Of a stretch of DNA of 64,000 bases, positions 39,819-52,831 are shown one piece after another. The stretch lies in NCBI RefSeq assembly GCF_000181795.1, contig NW_003526948.1:9438-73437 (forward strand). Direction: 5' to 3'. The stretch's first letter is position 1; every line of letters starts with the position of its first letter. Position numbers and translations under genes: made by a program. The notes beneath the pieces are model-generated. The model did not search any database, was not told the DNA's origin, and saw nothing but the letters and a program-made list of their open reading frames with translations. Source of the DNA: Trichinella spiralis (taxonomy: Eukaryota).

Positions 39819-40760
39819 CCTCTCCTTGATGAAACTGCTTGAAAAAGAAGCAAAACCAGTCCAAGCTATGCAAGGCAAGATTGCCACTTGAAATCTAATA
39901 GCTAATAATTTTTTGAGAACAAGTGCAAACTGGTCCGTTATGTGCAATTATGCATTTATCATTTATCGTTTGACTTTTGAATGTCACAATTGACAAATCT
40001 TACTTAGAGATGACCAATATGCACACGGGTTGGCAAAAAGAAGAACAAGCTTTCGAACGGCTTGCAGAAATAACTTATCAAAACAAACAGAAAAAGCAGG
40101 CTCATACCTAGCGTTACTAATAAAAAAAACGAGAATAAAAACGCACCCACCATACGTGCAGATGCAGATTGTAGCAATGAATGAATGACTGATGCGGTTG
40201 CAATGAAAACATATATATATAAATATGAAACGAGCAAAAGCTGCAAGCTTTGTCAATATAATACTGGATTTGAAGCTTAAGCTTAAGTAAACAGTGTGTG
40301 AATTACTAAACGCTAGCTAGCCCTAATCAGATGCTTCACTCATCTGTTCTTTGCCAACTTCCTTCACGCTACATTATAGTGGAAAAGAAAGCACAAGCAA
40401 ATTGTTCGGCTATTTGAAATTGGCTTTCATTGGTGTGCAAGAAAATTAAATGGTATTTAGATGAAAAATTGATCATCAACCTTGATCAAAGTGATGACAC
40501 ATTTTTGAAATCATCATTTCAAAATAAAAGAGGGGGTGGGGCTAGAAAAAGCAAATAATGCAGGGGAAGAATATTTTCTTCGATTCGAAATGTTCAGCAG
40601 CGGTGCAACTTTTGCTCAGAATTGAGTAAAGCTCAAGAACCTCGCTTGCACAGCAGAAATGCGGAAATTCTAGAAAATGAACAAAAGCCATTACGGCCAT
40701 GACCCTTGCCTCTGAAACGAAACAAAGCACACTTGTAACACTTTTCTCTGATCAAACCAA

Positions 40761-40782
40761 GAGAGAGAGAGAGAGAGAGAGA
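40761..40782. repeat. (GA)11 microsatellite
   Basis: Read directly from the sequence. Confidence 0.92.
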
Positions 40783-43304
40783 AATTTTCTTAATCCTACG
40801 TAATACTGTGATTATTAAAACAATTTTGCTTTAGCTTATTTATCATTGACGAATAAAAGGAGAATGCAAATGGTGAAATGAAATATTTCTGCTAGTTGTG
40901 TAAGGAAACACAACTGTTAAAAATTTAAATTTGCATTACTGAGAATAAATGCAACGTGATATTTGATTAGAGGTGAAGAAGAAGGAGAAAGCTGATTATA
41001 ATTATCGAATCAGCCAGTACAAACCAACAAAGTATATTGAAGCAGAAGTCGAAGGGCCATTTTCGTACGCAGTTGATGTTCACTTGTGTCAAGCAGATCA
41101 CTTTGAACAGAAAATTCTATGCTCTTCAATAATGGACTGGTTGTCATTGATGAAACAACAACCAGTTCGCTGTTGAAATGTACGTATGAAGCAAGCAACA
41201 GCAGCAGTAGCAGCACAATCACTCTTACACATTTGCAAGCCAAGATGGCTGAAGCGGCTGTGAAGCAAGTGATCTGGGCAAAAGAAAGAACCTTCTTCAC
41301 TCGAGTCTCATAAATCCCATACGATAGTGAAAAGAAAAGCACACATGCCGTGAGGGACTGCATTCTGGAACGTCAGCAATTTGAAAAACATGTGTGCCAT
41401 CTTTTCACAACTCTGCACCGAATATATTCTTCAACATTAGCTGGCTAGCTGTGAAACAAGAGACGCTACTTGAAAATCATCCCAACTCAACTCAACTCAA
41501 CTCTTCATCAATCAATCAATCTTTTTCTAAAATTTTTATGAAACTTAACAACAAATTACCACTGACAGTTCAACTTTTAACTGAATTCTTTGCATTTGTC
41601 AAAGCATACTCGATCAGAGATCGAATTTTACTAAAAATGAAAAATTAATCAATGTATACCACCGCTATTTCAAAAAATGATAACCAAAGAGTAAATGAAA
41701 AAAGTACTGTCAAAAATTCAGAATATAAATATTTGTTCGGATAAATTTTTTTACCTCTTTTACATTTGCAGACTGGTGAAATAAAAATTCAATTATTTTT
41801 TAAATTGTCACTGTGCTTAAAATAGTAATTAATAATAATGAACATTACTTTCAAAATTTTTAAATTTCATCCATTGCATCTTTGAAACTGCTCATCAAAC
41901 AAAACATACGTTTCAACAAACAGTTGGCTTCCTCTTTTCTGTTGGTTTCATTTTTGGCTATCTCTTTGTTTTTTGTAGCTGATGTAAAATGATCTAGTGA
42001 ATAACTTTAAGCTCTCTTTTATACTGTAATATTTTCATACTTTAACTGTTTAAAAAAAGATAAACAGTGTCAAGCAATTAGCTATATGTAACATATCATT
42101 ATTATACTTTACTTATGCAATTTCAATTTCATTTATAAATTTAAATATACATAATTAAATAACGTTTGCATGTAAAAGAACAAATTTAAAATTTCAAACG
42201 CATTTTGCTATATAAATTAAATCTCATGACCTGATGAATGCTTACATTCACCCTAGCTTGCAGCTAACAGACTGCATGCCAATGCTTCATAGCATGTGAT
42301 AATCAGTAATGACCGGACAGACTATACGACTCAAAACAGTGACAACAACAGTGATAATGCAAATTGACAAGAGCACTGTTTACTTTCAATTCAAGATGCA
42401 ACGACGATGACAGTGTTTCAACAATAAATCACCGTGAAATAAATAAATTGCTTTATTTAATAAATAGTAACGCCCAAACAATAAACAATAAGACCAAAAC
42501 ACATACGCACAAGTACATGGATTTCTCTCGAAGCACTTCCCTTCCGCTGTTTTTTTGAAATACAGTAATGATGAAATGCAGGTTGGATTCTAAACTAACA
42601 GTTACATAATCAATGTCAGGTTCACATGGCATTGCTGCATCAATGACTTACGTACTGTACTCCTGCGTAGCAGGAACACAAAAAGTTCGGTCCACTCAGA
42701 CAACCGGAAGATTGAAGCAGTCACCATTCATCCAGAAATTGATTCCACTTGGGAAACGATAGCTTCAACTTGGCAAAGATCTATTCGCTCACAATTTTTG
42801 ACAAAGCGGCACATAGCGAGCTTATCCGTAGTGGTGGTATGAAATTTCCATGATGATCAGAACAAAGGTTATTTCCATCTAGTGTCATCGGTTGTTGCCT
42901 CTTAAGAAGTTATTTACAACAGCACATCTCTGGAATCAACAGTATTCCCTGATAGTTGCATTACCTGGCTTGTCCTTACAATGACAGTGGTCCAAATTGC
43001 CACATACTTTGCATATTTATTTATTTCATTCAAATTTATCTATTAAATTTACCTATCTTATTCAGTCGTCAACACTTAGGAAAGCATGTAGCGTCACAAT
43101 TTACTGCATAGATGGTAAAAAATCGAAGAAAACTATGCAAAAAATTTTTTAAATTGAAATTCATCCAGAGGCAAGACTTCGAATTAGGAAAGCACGGACT
43201 ACTTTTCTATAAAACAAAAATATTTCTTTCCCTTTTTTTACATAAACGTATAATTGAATATTACAGAAGCACGCCTACGGTGTTTGTGTCCAAGGAATCG
43301 CTGC

Positions 43305-44742
43305 TTAACGAAAAATCACGTTCTTTATGCTCATTGTAGCCTTTTTCCTTAAATTTTCTTCAAGAAGCGGAGTTCCAGTATTTTCAGATACAGCAGAAAA
43401 CTAGATAAACAATTTAAAAAATAATTAATGCTGAAAAAGTTGTTTTAAACATGTTTGCAAAAACAGATGAATCCTACAGCTTTCACGACACATAATTACT
43501 TACTGAAGTATCTGAAGGAAAAGCTTTCCGGTAGCGTACGTTGTCTTGCACTGCGGTACTGCGTTCAACCTAAAAAGATGTGTTGTAAACAAAAGCTGAA
43601 CTAAAGTGGTGACAAATTATATCAGAATTTTTAGTTATATTAAATAATATACATAAGAATTCATTACTGTAGTCATCGGTTTATCAGCTGTCGTTAATTC
43701 AGAGTTCTAGAAATTTAAACAAAAAACATTTACAATAAAAGGGAAAAACAGAAAAAAATATAAGCAGCATTACATCAGTATCACTTATGCCAGCTAAATT
43801 CAAAGTTAGATTTGAAGGTAAAAATGAGCGAGGACCGAGCAAAAGTGGTTGATCTGTAGCCTGAGTATCAACAGCAGCCAACTTAGGAGATCCTGTTAAT
43901 CAAAAACATAAAAATCATCAATAAAAATATTACCAAACTATTAAAGAAATGCACCAAAATAAAAAAATGCGCATATGAATTGTCATTGCTTAAATCAAAC
44001 ATCTAATGCTAACATTTATTAAAAATTCAACATATACAGAACACTCTGCACATTACATTTATCATGTCTGAAACTGAAAGTATTCAAAAAATGCAATCTG
44101 TTTGGCTGTCAACAATATCATAAGTTTTAACTGATTATATTATAAAGACGGCTTTTATCAAATTTTCTCACAAAAATTCCATCCAATGCTGCACAGTTTT
44201 AAAATTTAAATCTACAAAACTAATTTTGATCAAAGAATAATGAAATCAGAACTTGCAAAACAAATTTTAAAGATAAGCATAATACTAAAATATTTAAGAA
44301 CAACACGTTGATGTCTAGAAGATATTACATGAAAATAATAACAAGCAATGTAATGCGCATTTACCTTTGAGTGATTCTTTTATGGCGTTAATTTCTGAAT
44401 GAAGAGTTATGACATAGAATGTCAGCACACTCAAAACAATTAGCACCACAGCCATCAAGGTAAACAGGCAAATCCGCATATGAGATGAAAGTAATGCATT
44501 TTCATAGATAACATTAATTTCACGATTCTTCGGCCTATTATTCAAAACATCCCTCCTAAAACGAGTTGAAATTTAAATAAATTTTTTGGGAAGCTTTTTA
44601 AAAATCTGATTCACATCCAACGAGCAGGTTTAAACACTTTCGCAGAATTTGGGGGTACCAATTCTAAGTCAGGAACATCGGAATCTGAATCAGAGAACGA
44701 CTCAATCAACAGATTCTTCCTGCTGCTACCTTGATTTTCCAT
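43305..44742 (-). CDS. Uncharacterised small type II single-pass membrane protein (6 predicted exons)
   Basis: Phase-consistent GT-AG splicing gives MENQGSSRKNLLIESFSDSDSDVPDLE..RWM / RDVLNN...ICLFTLMAVVLIVLSVLTFYVITLHSEINAIKESLK / GSPKLAAVDTQ...SDTD / NSELTTADKPMTT / VERSTAVQ...SDTS / FSAVSENTG...NVIFR*. No family recognised. Confidence 0.7.
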
Positions 44743-45823
44743 TTCTTTAAACATGAAAACAAACTAAGGTTTACTCAACAAGTCATTCCTTATTTATGTG
44801 CTCATTACAGGGAAATAGAAATAGATTACAGTATACATAAATCAGGTATAATTTTTACTATCACGTAATCATATGCATTATTTCTTACAGTTACAATAAT
44901 TCCATAAAACAATAAAGATGTCGCAGTATATAAAATATATCGTGAAATATATAACACAAATTTCATTTATATTTATTTGAAACTCAGGTAGTTCAAAATT
45001 ATTTAACAGCAAGAAAATGAAAATGGAAAATGGAAAAATACGGTGCTTCACCACTTTTATGTATATATTTTTACATATGATGTCAGTGTGTGTCTAAAAA
45101 TTATTACTATAGGCATCTCGACTAGGTGAAAGGTTTATTTGGAAAACTTATTAACGTTTAAGGCATGTTTGCTTTGAAGAAATGCAAATATGAATGGCAT
45201 TGCCATAAATATAACGAACTAAATTATTATATACAATTTAAAGCTTACGAAACAATTCAATAGTGATAATCAGAAAATATAAGTAATATAAAGTAAAATG
45301 TTATTAGGAAAGTATTTAGAGTAAAATATTTGTTTGATAGTCGCGTAGTAGTTTATTGTCGTATAGAAATGCAATTGTACTGTTGTAAATCCACTAAAGT
45401 AGCCTGTATCGGTCAAGAATATATTTTGTACGTTAAAACGCTTTCAGAAAACATTCATTTTAGTGTAAAACTTGATGAAATGACCGTGACTGATATCACT
45501 TTAATTAAAATTCAGATGCTTTGCATTTATTTGCAATTTATAACCCACAGTGAAGTTCGAGAAATTTAATAAAAAAAATATGCCTACCCTATAAACAGTG
45601 TTATTATGAAAGTAATTACGTTTTACCGTTGTTCTTTGAATGATCACGTTTAATGGCTAATTTCTGACTGTAGCATCAGGCTGTCAACAATAAGATTGAA
45701 AAAAAGGATGAAATCACTTGAAAATCTTTATTTTAGTCCTGTAATTTTAGTCAATAAGGGACTGTAAATTTGTGATTTACACTATTATATATTTCGACAG
45801 GCAGATGAGTTTTGCAAAAAAAA

Positions 45824-48741
45824 ATGAATAATCAAGAAGAGGAATTAAAGTTAATATGGTTTGAATTAACCGACTTTACGGACCATAATGTGAAAATAAA
45901 ATGGTGGGAGAGAATTTGCAACGCTTATAATCATCCCTTACGACAATATCATACTCTGAAAAGGATTTGGCAATTGTTTAAATATTATGATCAATGCCGC
46001 CATTTGCTTTCAAATGCTAAAGCAGTTGCTTTTTCAATTTTTTTTCATAAGTATGATTTTTTCCATTTTCAATCAGCACTCATTTGCCGTAACAGTAAGA
46101 AATTGCTTTGATAATTTTTTTAAAATTTAATGTACTGAAATCGGCATGTTACATCAAAAGCGAAATAACTGCATCTATTGTATGACTTTAATGTTCGATA
46201 CCATTGACGTATATTTTACGATCGTCTCATTATTCTTTTCTTGAGTGTTAAACAGCAACTTGAACTTTTGCAGTAATTTTGCATGAAATTTAATGAATGC
46301 TGAAAAGGATTTTTCCTCTAGTAATCCTAAATTTTGGATAAAGTTGACATCTGATGCTTGATATTAAATGAACTAATGGTGTTCCCATTGTTCCCTGTTA
46401 AGGTGACTTCGCATTTATGCTACGCAAGTGATTTATTAAGTTTCCATTTTCTTTCTGAAATGCGCTGGTTTGTTTTCTGATGTGCTCTGAGACAAAATGA
46501 ATGTAAGAATTTGGTTTTTCTAGCATCTGCGCTTGGCTGTCAATCGATATTGCATTAACAAGGCACGATATTTTAGTATAATTGATTTTTTAGCAAATGT
46601 TGTATCTGTATAGCATTGAAGAGACAGAATGAACAATAAAGCAAGTTATTTATATAAAATTCAAAAATATTAGAATTTTTAACATTATTTTTAAATCGAA
46701 TTGTATGAAAACTTTGCAAAGCAGTTGTGAAAAATTGCTTTTGCTTTTCCATATTGCAATGAATCACTGTTCTATTAGTTCTGTTAATAATTACTAATTG
46801 GAAACCGGAAGTATATTGGCCAACTGATGTTCGTTATAAAGCCTTTTTTGCTTGCAGTACATTGATGTCATACAATTAAAACAGAGTAAATTGTTGCACA
46901 CTTACTGAAGCTACTGCTTGAGTTATCTGTATAATAACTAAACACAGAAAATGCATTCAACCAAAAGAATGCTATAAATGTCTCATAAGTACATGCATAA
47001 TTGCTGCACAGCCGTTTCTAAGAAAAGTAATAAAAAAGAAAGTTGTTTTGTTAACTTTGTTTATAAATAGTTTCCAAATTTTGCAGATTTATCTTGCTAG
47101 AAACAAAATTCATTTGAAATGACTGAAAAAATGTTAAATGATGCGCTTCAAGGAATGTGATACTTTTTAAATAATATAATTAACATAATTACTGGAAACT
47201 GAAATAGTTGAATACATATGAACAACTTGATACTTAATAAATTTTAATTGCAAAAACATTATGAAGTTTCGAAATTCACAGATATTATTACTCTGATGTG
47301 CAACAACATTGCACAGTGTCACAAATTTAATGAATTAATGTTTTTGAAATTGCGACAAATCCATATGTCTGCACTGTTATCAAATACCTCATATTGATCA
47401 AACACATATGCTAATAAAGTTGAAATCAGTTTTTTCTCTAGCCTAAATATCCTAATTATAATTTTATGTAACACAGTATGAAAAAAAATTTATAATTGAA
47501 ATTTCTGTTTAAAAAATGTTTTTCTCTGAAGAAAACTAGCAACTGAATTAATTAAAATGCTTCAGTTTTTGAACTAGAATAATGTGATTTAATGCTTTGA
47601 TGTGCATTTAATTTTTCTTCAGGGATGCTTAATTTAATTTTTAGAATCTATTTTTAATATTTATCTATATTAAAATTTTAGCATTTGTTACAATCCGAAT
47701 TCCAATTCCAATGAACAAGAAAGTGCAGTGATATTTCAAGAGTTTGCTGACGAAGCTCACTATGAAGATGCAAGTTTCTTTTAATATATGCTATTTGATT
47801 TCTTGTTAAATGTTAAATTTTAGGCTAACATAGTTTTTGATATGATTGTACATAAAAATCTTCAAAAAGCAGATTCACTGTCAATGTTCAAAATGGAAGA
47901 TGCATATTATTTTTATGATATTGAATTGGCAATTCTTGGCTCGAGCAGTTCAGGTAGTTATTAATTTAAATTAATTCATTTTACGCATAATACTGTAGCA
48001 TATTCATATGTCACTAATATTGCAAATGATACGTAATTATCGTGTACTAATTCGATTATTAAATTAAAAATGAAAGAAAATTAAAAGTAAAAATTTGGCA
48101 ATCAGGAAGAAACAGTTGCAGAAATAGCTAGCGGAGCAGAAAAAGCGGAATGATTCCTAAAGTTGTTTTATTTTTAAAACTCGTAATTAAAATTTTTTAG
48201 ATTACGCAGATTACAAGAGTCAAACCAGACAAGAATATTCACGAATGTCTGATGAGGCTTATCGTACAAAGCGTTTGAGCGTGAGTTTAAAGCTTGAAAC
48301 ATATTTAAAGGAGCGTCATAAAAATTAATATTCTGGGTTATGCTATAAAAGTGTCTTGATCCAATATATTAAAAATTTTTATGCAGCATACGGTAATTAT
48401 TAAGTGAAAATTTATTTATCATTTACAGAAAATTTTACATTTTTCAAAGAAGGAAACGATCAATTTTACATGTTTAAGAAAATTCAAAAATTTGCCAATC
48501 AAATTTCTTTGAACTGTAAAAGATGTAAACTTTTTTAATATGGGAAGCAATGTCAGTATAACTGCAACCAAACTATAATTATATGGAAAATTTTTCATTT
48601 AACAGCAAACCATTTTAGGTATTGAAAACGTTTTTGCAAATACCAAACATATTTCATACAAAGTTGTTTAGCGAAAAATTTGAACAGAATGCAAGAAAAA
48701 ACATTTGTGGAGAAGTCGAAGAACTTTCCAATCAAATTTAA
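45824..48741 (+). CDS. HD-superfamily, COG4339-like predicted metal-dependent phosphohydrolase fold protein (5 exons)
   Basis: Spliced: MNNQEEEL...YNHPLRQYHTLKRI...AFSIFFH-N / ICYNPNSNSNEQESA...ED / ANIVFDMI...FYDIELAILGSSSS / DYADYKSQTRQEYS..AYRTKRLS / VLKTFLQIPNIFHTKLF...EQNARKNI..*. This follows the family pattern RxYH..H, FHD.IY.P....NE..SA, D.DL.ILG, IR.EY, E..AR.N. Confidence 0.82.
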
Positions 48742-51700
48742 CTGATTCAATGCCTGCTTGTTGTGCTTGCTAGATATACTTGGCTTTGACAAAATTATAT
48801 CACATACTCAATTTCACTTTGGTTTATCTTGCATGTGTGTTATTTTTCTGATTGTCAGATAAGATTGTTTATTTTGTTGATCCAACATAATTTAATTTTT
48901 TTCTTTTTTGAAATTCACAGTGCACTGTTCATATTGGAGCGATGCTTCAAATTCAGAGTGCCCGATAACATTATGTCAGCGGCTTGTTTGTAGCTTACGG
49001 TTAGCCGCCATTGATTTTTCGTTTAGTTCAAAGGAAGCTTATTCACAGTTTGTAACCCTTGCAATCATGTCTTTGAAAATTTGATTGAGCTGCTGGATTA
49101 ACAATAGTGTTTTTCTGTTTGAATTACATTTGATTGAACTTTGCTTTGTTTATTTAATTGTGCTTTTCGCTTTTATTTTCTCTTAAACTGTGTGTGAAAA
49201 TTATATGCGAACTGATAGTTTTCAGATTTGTATGCATAATGCAAAGTAAAAGCAGATTTTTGCTCATGTTATACTTTTATAATGGTTTCCATACAAAAAG
49301 CAAACAAACGTTTATTTCACATAAGGAAAGCAGATTTGGAAAGCAGAACAAGGAAGTCAAAGCGCTAAATTTGTAATTTTTGCTATTTTAAACTGTTATG
49401 CATATAGTGAAACTAAATTTTACAGCTTATAATTAACTTGCTGTTCTCGACCAGTTAGATGATTAGTAAATTTTCTTTGTTTGTTTCTCAAGGCAAACTG
49501 TCAAAGCAGTGTGAATTAATATCGTTACAGTTCTGTGATGCGTGGTTAAATATAGGTGCAATATGCAAAAACGCTTGCAAAAATGCCTTCAGCAAACATT
49601 TCATATGTTGAAATTTTCAAATTTAAACAATGAATAACTTTACTGTACTTAATGGTTAATTAACTTTTTACCCCAATTGGATTATTGAATAATTTTAGCA
49701 AAATTATTTAGCAACATTCTTCGACGTAATTAGTTCTGTTGCAGCTGTTTTATATCTTAAAGCTAAGTAACAATCAATAAAATGTTTGCAATAAAAAGAT
49801 GCACTAAAGAACAACTTCAAATGATGAATATACATTTTGAAAACTGAACTATAAGGGCTTGCTATAACGTCTGCGCAAAGCAAGCAATCTTTGAAAACAA
49901 CATTATGCTAACGAACATAACAAGCAAATACTTCACAAATGTAATTCCTATGCATAATAATGCTTAAAATACGCTGTCAGCTGTCCTGTTGCAGTGGGAT
50001 CAGAAGATTCCATCTAAATCTCTGTCCAGCAATGAAATTAATAATATCAGCAGTTGCTGTCAACTTAACAGCTTCGTGGATGTGTGAAAAATTGTGAAAT
50101 GAAAGGAGGTTATTTATCATTTATAATGGATTGGTCACTGAGACGATAGTCAATGAACAATTCCAATTCACACTCGGTTTTGTCTTTTATTGCGTTTGTG
50201 CTGAAACATCATAAACAAAATATTTGCCCTTTGCAATCTGCACCATGAAATATAAATGTTAATGTTTAGCAGACTCTCGAATCGACTTTATAGGATTTAC
50301 TGCATATTATATAGGTGCCAGGCTGTCCATGATTATTGCTTATTCGAAAGATTGCACGCCCAGTGCAATTCCACTTGCCAATAATTTCCAAGCTATTTAA
50401 AGCACTAGTAAATACAGAATTTACATTACTAATTATGCTTATATTTTCTTGAACAATTTAACAGTTAGTTATCAAGTATAGGAAATCTGATACGTCAATT
50501 GCAATATTTAGTGTTTTGCAATGAGTCAAGTGAAGCATTGTTTTATCGGCATAACCTTGCCATGCAACATCTGAAAACACAAATCTCAAATTTATTGATT
50601 ACAAACAATCACGCCTACTCAAAAAACAGTGATAATCCACTCTATACATTGAGTATCATTATCAAAAAGCATTAAAACATCAATCGTCTACGTAATTTAA
50701 TGGAATAAAATTTCCAATGCAAGTGCACAATGAAATGTTTTATGTAAAAATATACACCACTAATGGGATAATGCACATAGCAAGAATTGTTTGCTGCTTG
50801 TTTGAAAAATTCAACACCTTTTTCTGGATGCACAAAGAAACTACTATTGTGAATATTTTTAAGCAGCTCTCTTCTTCAGATGTTACATTTTACTTTCAGA
50901 CTAAAAATACGCAGTTTTCAATTCCCAGTTAGTATGCTGTAGAAATGATTCATGAGCATATTCAATTAAGAAAGCTTAAGACCGGAACACTAATGAATCT
51001 GTCGCTGATTCTCCAAAAGAAGACAAATCGATTTTGTACACTTCTAAATTACGTACTGAGGCAATTTTTACGAAACTTAAATATTTCGCAACTGTTTAAA
51101 TAATGCATGTTCAAAAGGTGACGATAGCTTTAATGTAATTTTTCTTCTGGGTAAAATACAAATTTTGTTACAAAACAAAATGCAAGTATACATCTTGCAT
51201 GTTTAAAATCAGAGCAAAATAAATCATAAATTGCCATCAGGATGTAAATAAAATTATGCTGAATTCTACCATGTAATTTTAAGCATCAAAACGATTCATC
51301 ACTTGCTTTTTATAATAAAACCAATAAAAACATTGTTTGGTAAATAACTTTAAAATTTCCATTCGTTCAACTGAAAATATGATATCACATGCTTTGTCGT
51401 CGTTATATTTAAAGGCATTGCCGTTTACAGAGTAAAAGCTGTACAAGCATAAAACTTAATGAACTGTTTAGCAAAAACTGATAGACAAGATTCTAATCAA
51501 AAATTTTTCTAAACTAGTGTCACTTTCTTGAAATATTATATGATACTAGCAAGAATAGATGAAAATTTATTTATTTCACTGTTATTCACTTAAACCATGC
51601 TATATTTCAGATAACCATTTGTAGTAATTTTTCCCACGTATGTTGGCAATTTTATCCTCTAAGATTAATCTCTTGACCTGCTAAATTACATTTTTCACTT

Positions 51701-52657
51701 TTCATCAGCTGCTTTTGACCTTAGATACAACTTTATCATTCAGTATGCAATAGATTGCTACCTGTAAAACATTACAGGCATAATGATTGAAAATAAAAAA
51801 AACAAACAACATTATTTTGTCATAAAAAGTTGTTTTATTAAAAATAATAAATTTTTATTACTGAAAAATTAATGGTCTTTCTTCTGATAAAAATTGACAT
51901 GGCATTAAAGTAAATAGTGAATGCAAATCTGCTTTATTGCTACAAATATCATAGCATAAAAGTGTCTGAATTTCCAATAGACATAATATATTTCATAATG
52001 AAAACAAAACAGTAAATTATAAATAACTGTAAAACTTTCATATAGTTTTAAAACTGAGAGAAAAACTAATCAAACATGCATTAAAACAGCTGCACTTATC
52101 ATACTTTCCTTATGGCCTTATGGCGTAATTGTTATCTCTTTTCCTTTCATTGAACACAAGATACTTTGCAAGGCAAACAGAGTGCAATTTAACAAAGCGA
52201 ACATTTGTTTATGCGTGTAATTCAGCTTAGAACTCAACAATGTTTAGACAACTGAGTGATCACTGCACTGCACTTTCAAGTAAGTTGCTCTAGCAATGAA
52301 ACTTGCAATAGACGAACTACAGCCATTTCCTTAGCCTAATTCAGTTTGGAAATACCACTGTTACTCGACATGTCAAATTCAATGCATTATTTGCTTTTTC
52401 CATGCAGCGACACATCATCGCACATAATCCTCACAAATTTTAAAATCACTTAAAATCGTAAAATTTCCATGGATATTCTGATAACTACCGGAAAAAGTAA
52501 AAAAACAGCCTTAGCATGCATTTTGAAAAGATTGTTTTAAGAACAGAATATTTACTTTGCACAAAACACTGCTTTACGTCACCCAATGTTCCTACCAAAA
52601 CTAAAGAAATTAAAAATAAAAAACGACTGAACACAAAAAAATTTTTTTTCTTCACTT

Positions 52658-52689
<32 letters not shown>

Positions 52690-52831
52690 GTAAACAAATG
52701 CGCAAAACTTCGCAAGCGTGTATGGCTTACTAACTGCAGCGGCAATAGCAGAAATTGCAGAGTAATATGGGAAACAAAAGCAGCACTGGTCAGGAAAGGC
52801 AGAAAACAAAAAGCGCTATCAAACAATGCAA

